The notes: generated by a model not told the origin, from the sequence alone. DNA of 64,000 nucleotides from Clostridia bacterium (GCA_017415485.1 JAFQGP010000009.1:9305-73304), one strand, 5' to 3'. Numbered from the stretch's first letter, positions 25,349 through 33,265 are shown. Numbers and translations are program-made.

Positions 25349-26407
25349 ATGAAATTTACAGCAGTTGCAGACGTGTTTCTGCCCGAAGAGTATTATAAGA
25401 ATGCGCTCGAAAAATATCCGGGCTACGAATGTCTCGGCATTCCCTATTTTGGCGTGCCCGACCGCACCGTGATGCGTGAGATCGTTCACGGCATCGAAAA
25501 GAAGGGCTCGGAGGCTTGCGATCCGCCCGCAGAGCTTTGGGATCTCATCGAGGAGACCGAGGTCCTCATGGTCCACCTTTGCCCCGTCAGCCGCAAGCTT
25601 CTCGAAAAGGCAAAGAATCTCAAGCTCATCCTCGTCAATCGCGGCGGCACGGAGAACGTCAACGTTGAGGCGGCTACCGAGCTCGGTATCCCCGTCCTCT
25701 CGAACCCCGCTCACAACGCAAACGCGGTTGCGGAGTTCACCATCGGACTTATGATCGCGGAGACGAGAAATATCGCCCGCGGCCACGGCGCGCTGATGAA
25801 CGGCACTTGGAGAGAAAGATTCGCCAACAGCGGCGTGATCTTTGAGCTCGTCAATCAGACCATCGGTCTTATCGGCTTCGGCACCATCGCCCGCCTTGTT
25901 GTCAAGAAGCTTCAGGGCTGGGACGTAAACGTCATCGTTTATGACCCCTACGTTTCCGAAAACGATCCCGATCTCGTCAAGTACGGCTGCAAGAAGGTCG
26001 AACTTCACGAGCTGCTTTCGACCGCGGATATCGTTTCGCTCCATGCTCGTTCGTCCGGCGACAAGCCCCTGCTTGGCGCAGAAGAGCTTGCACTTCTCAA
26101 GCCCTCTGCATACCTTGTTAACACCGCGCGTTCCTATCTCGTTGACTATGACGCGCTTTACCAGATCCTTCGTGACGGCAAGATCCGCGGCGCGGCGCTC
26201 GACGTTTTCGAGTCCGAGCCCATCAAGCCCGATCACAAGATGCTCACCCTTGATAACGTAACACTCACCAACCACCGCGGCGGCGACACCGTCAATTCCT
26301 ATTCCGACAGCCCCGCAATGCTTCTCTGCGAAGCGAAAAAGTTCCACGAGGGCGACTTCGATTCGGTCCGCTTCTGGAAGAACAAAAAAGATACTATTAA
26401 GAAATAA
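25349..26407 (+). CDS. D-isomer-specific 2-hydroxyacid dehydrogenase family protein (NAD-binding)
   Basis: GLIGFGTIARLV Rossmann motif; NTARSYLVD and LDVFESEP motifs. Confidence 0.88.
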   Translation: MKFTAVADVFLPEEYYKNALEKYPGYECLGIPYFGVPDRTVMREIVHGIEKKGSEACDPPAELWDLIEETEVLMVHLCPVSRKLLEKAKNLKLILVNRGGTENVNVEAATELGIPVLSNPAHNANAVAEFTIGLMIAETRNIARGHGALMNGTWRERFANSGVIFELVNQTIGLIGFGTIARLVVKKLQGWDVNVIVYDPYVSENDPDLVKYGCKKVELHELLSTADIVSLHARSSGDKPLLGAEELALLKPSAYLVNTARSYLVDYDALYQILRDGKIRGAALDVFESEPIKPDHKMLTLDNVTLTNHRGGDTVNSYSDSPAMLLCEAKKFHEGDFDSVRFWKNKKDTIKK

Positions 26408-26419
26408 GGAGAAAAATCA

Positions 26420-27694
26420 ATGAAACTGATTAATATGACCTCGGCTGAAAAGATAGCCTACATAATGACCAGACTTTACACAAACAAGCTGACCACCACC
26501 TCGGGCGGCAACCTTTCGATAATGGATGACGACGGTGTGATGTGGATCTCTCCCTCGGGCGTTGACAAGGCGCATCTGACCGCTGACGACATCATGTGGG
26601 TCACCCCCGACGGAGTCGTTCACGGCAAGCACCGCCCCTCGACCGAGTACCCCTTCCACCTTGCAGTTCTGCGCTCCCGCCCCGACCTCAAGGCGGTCTT
26701 CCACGCTCATCCCGCCGCTCTCGTCGCATACAGCCTTGAGAGAAAGCTCCCCAAGCTCGACGTTATGCCCGGCGTTTCGAAGCTTTGCGGCAAGATCGCT
26801 ATCGCAAAGTACGCGCTCCCTGGCTCGAAGCAGCTCGGTGACCTCATTGCGGAGAAGTTCGCAGAGGGTTGCGATACCGTTCTGCTTGAAAACCACGGCG
26901 TAGTTCTCGGCGCTGATAGCCTTGAAAGAGCATTTATGATGTTCGAGGCACTCGATTATGCCGCAAGAACCGGCGTTGCTGCCGCTATGCTCAAGAAGGA
27001 AGCAAAGGAGCTGACCGCAGAGGAGCTCGCAGTCAAGAATTCGCCCAAGGTATATGAGGCAGTTCTCGGTTCTGACAACGAAACCGCTATCCGCGAGGAA
27101 ATGACCGCAATGTGCGCTCGCTGCTGCCGCAACCGCATCTTCACAATGGGCGTCGGCGCGTTTGCAAAGAAGATCGAGGGTGGCTTCATCATCACTCCCG
27201 ATGACGAAGACCTTCTTGAACTCACCCCCGATATGCACGTCCGCGTTGAGGGTGATAAGTGCGAGGCGGGCAAGGTTCCTTCTCCCTTCGCAAAGATCGC
27301 GGGCGAGATCTTCGCCGCTCACGATGATATCGACAGCATCGCGTTTGCTCGCGCACCCTATATCATGGCGTTCGCCGTTACCGATGCGGAGTTCAACTCC
27401 CACCTCATCCCCGAGGGCTACATCTGCCTGCGCAACACCAACCGCCATCCTTACGGCACCATCGAGAACGCGCCCGAAAAGATCGTCGATTCGATCAGCA
27501 TCAAGGCTCCCATCGCGATCGTTGAAAACGACTGCGTGATCGTCGGCGGTACCTCGCTTCTCAATGCTTATGACCGCCTCGAAGTTCTCGAGTTCGGCGC
27601 AGAATCCCTCTGCGACATCGCGGCGATGAACGGAACGATTGTGCCGATCAGTCCGGAAGAGATCAGAGAGATTGAGGTTGCATTTAATCTGTAA
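26420..27694 (+). CDS. class II aldolase/adducin family protein, tandem two-domain form
   Basis: The first half carries GGNLS, SPSGV and FHAHP motifs. The second half (about aa 215-424) repeats the fold but lacks the His cluster. Confidence 0.82.
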   Translation: MKLINMTSAEKIAYIMTRLYTNKLTTTSGGNLSIMDDDGVMWISPSGVDKAHLTADDIMWVTPDGVVHGKHRPSTEYPFHLAVLRSRPDLKAVFHAHPAALVAYSLERKLPKLDVMPGVSKLCGKIAIAKYALPGSKQLGDLIAEKFAEGCDTVLLENHGVVLGADSLERAFMMFEALDYAARTGVAAAMLKKEAKELTAEELAVKNSPKVYEAVLGSDNETAIREEMTAMCARCCRNRIFTMGVGAFAKKIEGGFIITPDDEDLLELTPDMHVRVEGDKCEAGKVPSPFAKIAGEIFAAHDDIDSIAFARAPYIMAFAVTDAEFNSHLIPEGYICLRNTNRHPYGTIENAPEKIVDSISIKAPIAIVENDCVIVGGTSLLNAYDRLEVLEFGAESLCDIAAMNGTIVPISPEEIREIEVAFNL

Positions 27695-27806
27695 TTATCT
27701 CGCTTCGCGAGAGTTAAGATTGCGCTTCGCGCAAGTTAAGGTCGGCTTGCGCCGAGTTAATATCGCGCTTTGCGCGAGTTAAAATTCGCCTGCGGCGAAG
27801 TTAAAT
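27695..27806 (+). repeat. mini-hairpin array, 5 units, GTTAA linker
   Basis: Starts immediately after the stop codon. TTAA(G/T/A) at 27714, 27736, 27757, 27779 and 27801 (periods 22, 21, 22, 22). Units are tctcgc-ttc-gcgaga, ttgcgc-ttc-gcgcaa, tcggc-ttgc-gccga, tcgcgc-ttt-gcgcga and ttcgcc-tgc-ggcgaa. Confidence 0.92.
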
Positions 27807-27834
27807 ATGTATTTATTTTTATTAAAACATAATA

Positions 27835-28050
27835 GCGGAAAGTTTTGATCAAACTTTTTCAGAAAAGTATGTTTGCCTTCGGCAAACGGCGGAGTTTGAG
27901 GCGGAGCCTCATTTCAATGCGAGACCTTCAGGTCTCGCCACTGCGCTTCAAAATCACGAAGCTCCGCTTCGGGATTTTGGACAGAGTCAATACTTCCCGA
28001 TTGTAGGGAAGTATTGCGCTCTGTCACCCTCCGCGCGCAAGCGCGGATCG
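27835..28050 (+). repeat. concatenated-hairpin repeat D2 (conserved module 27937-28030)
   Basis: Head GCGGAAAGTTTTGATCAAACTTTTTC. The module GCCACTGCGCTTCAAAATCACGAAGC..GGACAGAGTCAATACTTCCCGATTGTAGGGAAGTATTGCGCTCTGTCACCCT matches 12118-12210. Confidence 0.9.
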
Positions 28051-28051
28051 C

Positions 28052-28082
28052 AAAAAGAAAAGCCGCCGCAAATGCGGCAGCT
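28052..28082 (-). terminator. intrinsic terminator of the flavin-reductase operon
   Basis: On the minus strand: AGCTGCCGC-ATTT-GCGGCGGCT followed by TTTCTTTTT. Confidence 0.6.
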
Positions 28083-28090
28083 TATTCCGA

Positions 28091-28600
28091 TTATTCCTTG
28101 ATATACGCTTTCTCAACCTCGCACACATAAACCGTATGATAATCCTTCGCGGGATAGCACGCGGCGTCAACTTCTTTGTCGAGGAAGTTTTCTTCCTTGA
28201 TCAGGTCGGTATACATCTTACGGCAAACAAGGACAAGCTTTGCCTCCTCGAATGCGGGAACGCCGTCGAGGTAGGTGTAGTGGAAGCCGGCTTCTGCGGC
28301 TTTGTCGCCGTCGCGGCCGCTCTTTCTGCCGAAGATCTTGCCGAGTTCCTGGCGGTAATCATCGCCAAAGAAGCAAAGGCTGACGCGGTCTGCCTTTTCG
28401 GTCAGCGTGTGGGTGAATCTCTGCGGGCGAACGAAGCAGACTGCTGCGTCGCGGTTCCAGAGATTGCCGAGAAAGCCCCAGGATGCCGTCATGGCGTTGC
28501 GGATTCCGTCCGCCTCGGCTGTGATGAGAAACCATTCCTTGCCAACGGCGCGGAAGGCGTTCATACTTTCAAGTTCGGTGGGTCTGATTTCTTTGAACAT
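28091..28600 (-). CDS. flavin reductase-like domain protein
   Basis: 169 aa. AFRAVGKEWFLITAE..NAMTASWG resembles the flavin-reductase-like FMN-binding split barrel family. Confidence 0.7.
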   Translation of the reverse strand: MFKEIRPTELESMNAFRAVGKEWFLITAEADGIRNAMTASWGFLGNLWNRDAAVCFVRPQRFTHTLTEKADRVSLCFFGDDYRQELGKIFGRKSGRDGDKAAEAGFHYTYLDGVPAFEEAKLVLVCRKMYTDLIKEENFLDKEVDAACYPAKDYHTVYVCEVEKAYIKE

Positions 28601-28602
28601 AA

Positions 28603-29010
28603 TTATTCCTCCGTAAATTCCGTGATATGTTCGCCGTCAAAGGCAAGCCCCTCGTCGGTCAGAATGACCGAAAGGACTCCGAATCGCTTGTGTATCGCGC
28701 GAAGTATCTCCTCGGGGTCGAAGGTCGGCTCCTTGAGAAAGATCTCCGCGGTGTTCGAGTCGGTGAAGATGAAGCTGACGTAAGAAAGCGCCTCGCAAAG
28801 GGCGTCGTATTCGGCGGGCATCAGCGAGCCGTCGAAGCCCTTGACTATTGCCGTGATCGGCACATCTCTGCGAAGTGCGTCGATCAGCACGCTTCTATGG
28901 GCAGCGCGGCAGGGAAGAAGCGATTCCTCCGTCGGCACAAAGCAGATCATATCCGCATCCGCCGCGCCCTCAAGATTCATTATATTCGCATCAAGCGTAA
29001 AAGTTTTCAT
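28603..29010 (-). CDS. hypothetical protein, ribokinase/PfkB-like central fragment?
   Basis: ATG at 29010 after GGAGG. YVSFIFTDSNTAEIFL..GVLSVILTDEGLAFDGE resembles the middle of PfkB kinases, but the substrate lid and the C-terminal ATP motif are absent. Confidence 0.45.
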   Translation of the reverse strand: MKTFTLDANIMNLEGAADADMICFVPTEESLLPCRAAHRSVLIDALRRDVPITAIVKGFDGSLMPAEYDALCEALSYVSFIFTDSNTAEIFLKEPTFDPEEILRAIHKRFGVLSVILTDEGLAFDGEHITEFTEE

Positions 29011-29072
29011 TTCCGCCTCCAAATTTTACTGTTATTATTTTACCATAAATTTTTAAGAATTACAAGTTGGCT

Positions 29073-29266
29073 GATTGTAAAAGTTTGAAATTACAATAAA
29101 TTTCGTTTTTTCGGCGGCTTTGCCGACCGAAAAAACACCTCTTTGACGAGCAAAGCGAGTCCGCGCGCCGAGGGGAGCCGTCAAAATCGCAGATTTTGGC
29201 GAGCGGCGATAAGCGCGCGTATCCCCGCCGCGCGGATCTCAATTGTAAAACGCAGTTTTACAATTG
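29073..29266 (+). repeat. composite repeat B2 (palindrome at 29240-29266)
   Basis: Same module order as B1. The palindrome ends 25 nt before the GDPD ATG. Confidence 0.92.
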
Positions 29267-29291
29267 CCAAAATTAGAAAGGAAAAATTAAA

Positions 29292-30074
29292 ATGGCTATC
29301 AGATGGGAAGACGCAACAAGACAAAATATTCAGATCACCGCGCACAGAGGTATCAAGGATCTGATTCCCGAAAATACACTCCAGTCCTTCAAGGCGGCTC
29401 TCGACGCTCGCTGTGACGTTCTTGAATACGACGTTCACCTCAGCCGCGACAACGTGCCCGTAATTATGCACGACCAGACCGTCGAGCGCACCACCGACGG
29501 CTTTGGCGCGATCAGCTTTATGACCCTCGAAGAGATCAAAAAGCTCGACGCGGGTATCAAATTCGGCGAAGAATTCAAGGGCTACCGCGTGCCCACGCTC
29601 GAGGAAACTCTCGATCTTTTCGTCAGCTACGATTATAAGCCCCTGCACATCGTAGAGATCAAGGATTTCCGCCCCCAGTGCGTTGATATCATTGTCGAAA
29701 TGCTCCGCAAATACGACCTCGTCGAGCGCACCGTCATCGAGGCAGGCGACTGCCCCACGCTGAAATATCTTCAGGACTATTATCCCGAATTCAAGACTCT
29801 TTCCTTTATGCCCTATTCGATGAAGCGCCTTGACGAGTCGATCTACGACCGCCTCTACGGCGTTTCCCTTCCCGGCTCAAAGACCGACCCCGAAAGCGTC
29901 AAAAAGGTGCTCGACGGCGCCGATTTCGTTGAAGGCAAGGGACTCGTCCTCTTCCTTTCGGGCACGACCGAGGAGCAGATGGACAACGCCATCAACGCCC
30001 GCTGCGTAAACCTCACCACGAATAACCTTTATAAAGCGCAGGAGTATCTTGCGAAAAAGGGACTTAGAAAATAA
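29292..30074 (+). CDS. glycerophosphodiester phosphodiesterase family protein
   Basis: ITAHRG, ENTLQSF and EYDVHLSRDNVPVIMHD motifs. Confidence 0.88.
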   Translation: MAIRWEDATRQNIQITAHRGIKDLIPENTLQSFKAALDARCDVLEYDVHLSRDNVPVIMHDQTVERTTDGFGAISFMTLEEIKKLDAGIKFGEEFKGYRVPTLEETLDLFVSYDYKPLHIVEIKDFRPQCVDIIVEMLRKYDLVERTVIEAGDCPTLKYLQDYYPEFKTLSFMPYSMKRLDESIYDRLYGVSLPGSKTDPESVKKVLDGADFVEGKGLVLFLSGTTEEQMDNAINARCVNLTTNNLYKAQEYLAKKGLRK

Positions 30075-30379
30075 GTGATAAGTGGAAAGTGAAAAGTGTA
30101 AAGTTAAGGAAAATTTCCTCGCTTTGCTCGGAAATTAAAAATGATAATTTAATTCGGTATTGATGATCCATTATTAGGTGCGTCAATTCAATGCCTAAAC
30201 TAAAAAACTCGGATATTACGAAGATTTTTGCTTCATAATACTCGAGTTTTTCATTTACTTGTTATAGATTTGCATAGCACAAAGTTTTATCAACCCAGCA
30301 CAAAGTTATCGATATGAAATTTTCGCTTCAGAGAAAATTTTCCTTAACTTTCCACTTTTCACTTTCCACTTTTCACTTA
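30073..30379. repeat. heptamer inverted-repeat element HIR-5 (both arms, 230-bp core)
   Basis: The left arm (30073-30109) begins in the GDPD stop codon. The right arm (30342-30379) ends in the stop codon of the convergent isomerase gene. The core holds GGAAAATTTCC hairpins and a bidirectional terminator. Confidence 0.92.
30202..30251. terminator. bidirectional terminator-like hairpin (CTCGGATAT family)
   Basis: AAAAAACTCGGATATTA..TAATACTCGAGTTTTT, an imperfect stem with an A-run and a T-run on either side, between convergent genes. Confidence 0.55.
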
Positions 30380-31288
30380 TGCTTTAGCATACAGATCCAT
30401 AAGATACATACCGACCTTATATCCCAACTTTCCTGCTTCGATTCGCAGGTCGTCGGGGATCTTGGAGTAGAAGCCGTGGACTTCGTAGGTGAAGTCGCCG
30501 TCGTAGCCGATCTCTTTGAGAAGGGGCATGATCTCTTCCCAATTCGTGTTTCCGCGGACGAAGGGGAGGTAGTGATCGTCCTCGCGGCCGTCGCATTCCT
30601 GAACGTGAGTCGCGGCAAGACGGTGACCGAGCTTGCGCAGGGGCTTGACTTGATCGCGGTAAACGAGCTCTGCGTGGCCGAAGTCCCAGCAAGCGCGGCA
30701 GGAAACGGGGTCTCCCATCGCGTCGATGATGGCGATCTGCTCCTCAAGCGCGGCGGTAAAGCGGTGCTTCGTCTTTCCGGGGTTGAACTCTGCCATATTC
30801 TCGATGGCAATGCCGGTGCCCTCACGCTTGGCAAGCTCAAGAAGGGGAGTGTAGTAGTGGATATTCGCGCGCATATTTTCCTCGAAGCACATCTCATCGT
30901 TTTCGGTCGCCGTTTGCGCGTGGGTGACTATCCAGCGGACGCCGAGCCTGCCCGACGCGATGATGCAGCGGCGGCTTGCCTCGGCAAACCACACGCGGTA
31001 TTCGTCCGAAAGCTTCTGCTCGGGGCGGTAGAGATTCGAGTCAAAGGGCATGTGCGACTGCGAAAACTCAACGCCGAGCTTTGCCGCAAGGTTGCCGATC
31101 GAGTCGATGTTTCGCTCCCAATCGTCGCCCGCAAGCTCACTCTTTGCGCCAAGTCCGCCCGCGCCGCCCCAGTTGAGGTCGATCACGCGGAAGCCGCATT
31201 CGTGGCACATTTTGATGGATTCTTCAAGCGGTGTGCGCCCGCCCTGACGGTGAGCGGGGAAGATACAGGTTGAAGTAGCAAGCCTCAT
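30377..31288 (-). CDS. sugar phosphate isomerase/epimerase (xylose isomerase-like TIM barrel)
   Basis: 303 aa with a TIM-barrel family pattern (..IDLNWGG.., ..WIVTHA.., IAIENM, DFGHA). Confidence 0.78.
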   Translation of the reverse strand: MRLATSTCIFPAHRQGGRTPLEESIKMCHECGFRVIDLNWGGAGGLGAKSELAGDDWERNIDSIGNLAAKLGVEFSQSHMPFDSNLYRPEQKLSDEYRVWFAEASRRCIIASGRLGVRWIVTHAQTATENDEMCFEENMRANIHYYTPLLELAKREGTGIAIENMAEFNPGKTKHRFTAALEEQIAIIDAMGDPVSCRACWDFGHAELVYRDQVKPLRKLGHRLAATHVQECDGREDDHYLPFVRGNTNWEEIMPLLKEIGYDGDFTYEVHGFYSKIPDDLRIEAGKLGYKVGMYLMDLYAKA

Positions 31289-31360
31289 TTTTATATCTCC
31301 TTATACTTTAATGACCGCGCACCGCTCATAAGCGGGCGCGGTCTGAAAAAATTGTCTTAA

Positions 31361-32917
31361 TTAGTTGTCAAGAACAGCGTCAAGATCCTTGTTGAGGTCG
31401 GACATCGATCTCTTGAGAGTTCTGTCATACTGTGCCTTCATGGATGCCCAGCTGGTGGAAATAGCTGCAGCCTTGGAGGGCATTTCGCTCATAAAGCTGA
31501 GGATGTCGGAGAAGATACGGCCAAGGTCGAATGCGATGGACTCACGAACAATATCGAACATACGCGCGGAAGCACCCTTACCTGCGGTGTCGGGAGTGTA
31601 GCGGTACTTCATGTTGTTTTCGAAGATCATGGGCGAGGTCTTGCGGTAAGCCTCGGAAGCCATGCACTCGATAACTGCGGTGCTCATCTGGGGATTCTTT
31701 GCACCCTGCATTACACACCAAAGGGTAAAGGGATTGCCCACAACAGTGATGTACTCGGTCTGGTTCTCATCGTACATAGGAACGGGGAGAATACCGTATT
31801 CCCAATCGGCATTACGGAGGGGAGCTGCGCCGCCGCCGTACTGGGTATCAGCCATATATACACGGTTGAGGCAGAAGAGTGCGGTGCCTTCCTCAAAGGG
31901 AGCGTCGTAGTCAAGGCTGCCGCCGTGGGGGTTAACGTATGTATCGCCGGTCTTGAACCAAGTTCCAAGCTTATCAACAAGGTCGATGGTCTTCTGACCG
32001 AAGAAGTCTTCGGAAATGGCAAGGTTGGTGCCGTTGCCGGGAACGATGAGCATCATATCCGAACCGGTATAGAATGCGTCAAGGTGGAAGTAGGTGCTGC
32101 AGAATCCGTACTGGTCGCCGACGGAGGCGCCGCCGTCCTGGTCAAGGTCAACGTAAAGATCCTTGGTGTAATTGATAAGAGCGTCCAAGGTCCACTTCTT
32201 ATTGTCTACAAGATCAACGGGATCCTGAAGGTTCAGGTCCTCAAGAAGATCCATATTGTAGTAAACTGCATACATAAAGTGAAGCACGTTTGTGGAAATG
32301 TCGCCCGAAACGAAGAAGAGAGAATCCTTGATCGAACAGGTCTCGAGCATCGACTTGGGCCACCAGGGCTGCTCTACATTGATGTAGCTGTCCTCAATAG
32401 CATTGAGGTCCTGAATGAAGCCGTTGGTAAGAAGCATACCTGCGGTTCTGGAGTATGTAGCGATGATGTCATAGAATGTGCCGCCCGAGTAAGCGTTGCG
32501 GACGTAGTTTGTGAAGTTGGCGCGGTCGCCGGAGTCACCGGGGGTTCCGACCCACTCGAAGGTCACGCCCATGCGCTCTTCGGTTGCAAGGTTACGGCGG
32601 TAGATAGCGTCCTTGACCATATCTCCGTCAGCCTCGTCCTGGGTGATCTCGAATTCGGGACGTTCAACGTCATCCCAATAAAGAATGGTAACAGTCTCGC
32701 CCTTGAAGTCGATCTCATCTGCGAGGTCGTCCTTCCAGAAACCTTCGTCGTCATATCTGGGGTCTTTTTCGGGTGTTGTGTCCTCGGGTGTAGCCTGGGT
32801 CTGAGCGTTGTTTGCGGTGGTCTCTTCGCTTCCCTGAGTGTTTGCACAAGCAGCAAAGCAAGGAACCAGCATAAGAATCGCACAAACAAGCGCAATGATT
32901 CTTGCGTAAATTTTCAT
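31361..32917 (-). CDS. SBP-like lipoprotein, paralogue 1 (ABC-type extracellular solute-binding, LplA-like size class)
   Basis: Lipobox LVPCFAAC, Thr/Glu-rich linker, 518 aa. Clearly paralogous to 33262..34818 and 35010..36569 (shared blocks such as SGDISTN, YYNMDL, NRVY(M/V)ADAQYGG and ENNMKYRYTPD). Confidence 0.8.
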   Translation of the reverse strand: MKIYARIIALVCAILMLVPCFAACANTQGSEETTANNAQTQATPEDTTPEKDPRYDDEGFWKDDLADEIDFKGETVTILYWDDVERPEFEITQDEADGDMVKDAIYRRNLATEERMGVTFEWVGTPGDSGDRANFTNYVRNAYSGGTFYDIIATYSRTAGMLLTNGFIQDLNAIEDSYINVEQPWWPKSMLETCSIKDSLFFVSGDISTNVLHFMYAVYYNMDLLEDLNLQDPVDLVDNKKWTLDALINYTKDLYVDLDQDGGASVGDQYGFCSTYFHLDAFYTGSDMMLIVPGNGTNLAISEDFFGQKTIDLVDKLGTWFKTGDTYVNPHGGSLDYDAPFEEGTALFCLNRVYMADTQYGGGAAPLRNADWEYGILPVPMYDENQTEYITVVGNPFTLWCVMQGAKNPQMSTAVIECMASEAYRKTSPMIFENNMKYRYTPDTAGKGASARMFDIVRESIAFDLGRIFSDILSFMSEMPSKAAAISTSWASMKAQYDRTLKRSMSDLNKDLDAVLDN

Positions 32918-32997
32918 AATACCCTCCTTAAGGCATATTTTTAACTATTTTACCATAATAATTGTTAAAAGTCAAGCGGAATTTGGTAAATTTTATA

Positions 32998-33265
32998 GAA
33001 GTGGACAGTGGATGTAAAAGTGAACAGTGGTCAGTGGACAGTGAACAGAAAGATGCGGCTGATAATTTTGCTTGGTGCAAAGTGGGTTTGGGATTGCATA
33101 TAACTTAATTAATAAAGAAACCTCGGATATCAAGAAGCGTTAACTTCAAAATATCCGAGATTCCTGTAATTAAATTATCAGTCAATGCAATGGTTCAGTG
33201 ATGCAAATTAAATTATCAATTCGCATCTTTCTGTTCACTGTCCACTGACCACTGTTCACTTTTAC
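32998..33265. repeat. heptamer inverted-repeat element HIR-6 (GTGGACA/GTGAACA dialect, both arms)
   Basis: Left arm 32998-33057. Right arm 33222-33265, ending in the stop codon of SBP paralogue 2. The core carries the CTCGGATAT terminator. Confidence 0.9.
33112..33162 (-). terminator. intrinsic terminator of SBP paralogue 2 (CTCGGATAT family)
   Basis: Minus strand: TCTCGGATAT..ATATCCGAGG followed by TTTCTTT. Confidence 0.7.

Noticed and set aside
27695-27806. Whether the mini-hairpin arrays could be CRISPR arrays.
   Set aside because: The units are only about 22 bp. The conserved part is a 5-7 nt linker and the variable part is itself a palindrome, so there are no 25-40 bp unique spacers. 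There is also no leader and there are no cas genes in the window.
31313-31343. GC-rich hairpin GACCGCGC(A)CCGC-TCATAA-GCGGGCGCGGTC between SBP paralogue 1 and the isomerase gene, considered as an intrinsic terminator.
   Set aside because: On the coding (minus) sense the U-run precedes rather than follows the stem, and on the plus sense it is followed by an A-run. It may be a processing or stability hairpin within a two-gene transcript, but it is not a canonical terminator.
30073-33265. Integron-like cassette array, with the IR elements acting as attC sites between single genes.
   Set aside because: Gene orientations are mixed (convergent and tandem). There is no intI integrase or attI in the window. 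The arms are heptamer microsatellites rather than R''/L''-L'/R' attC cores.
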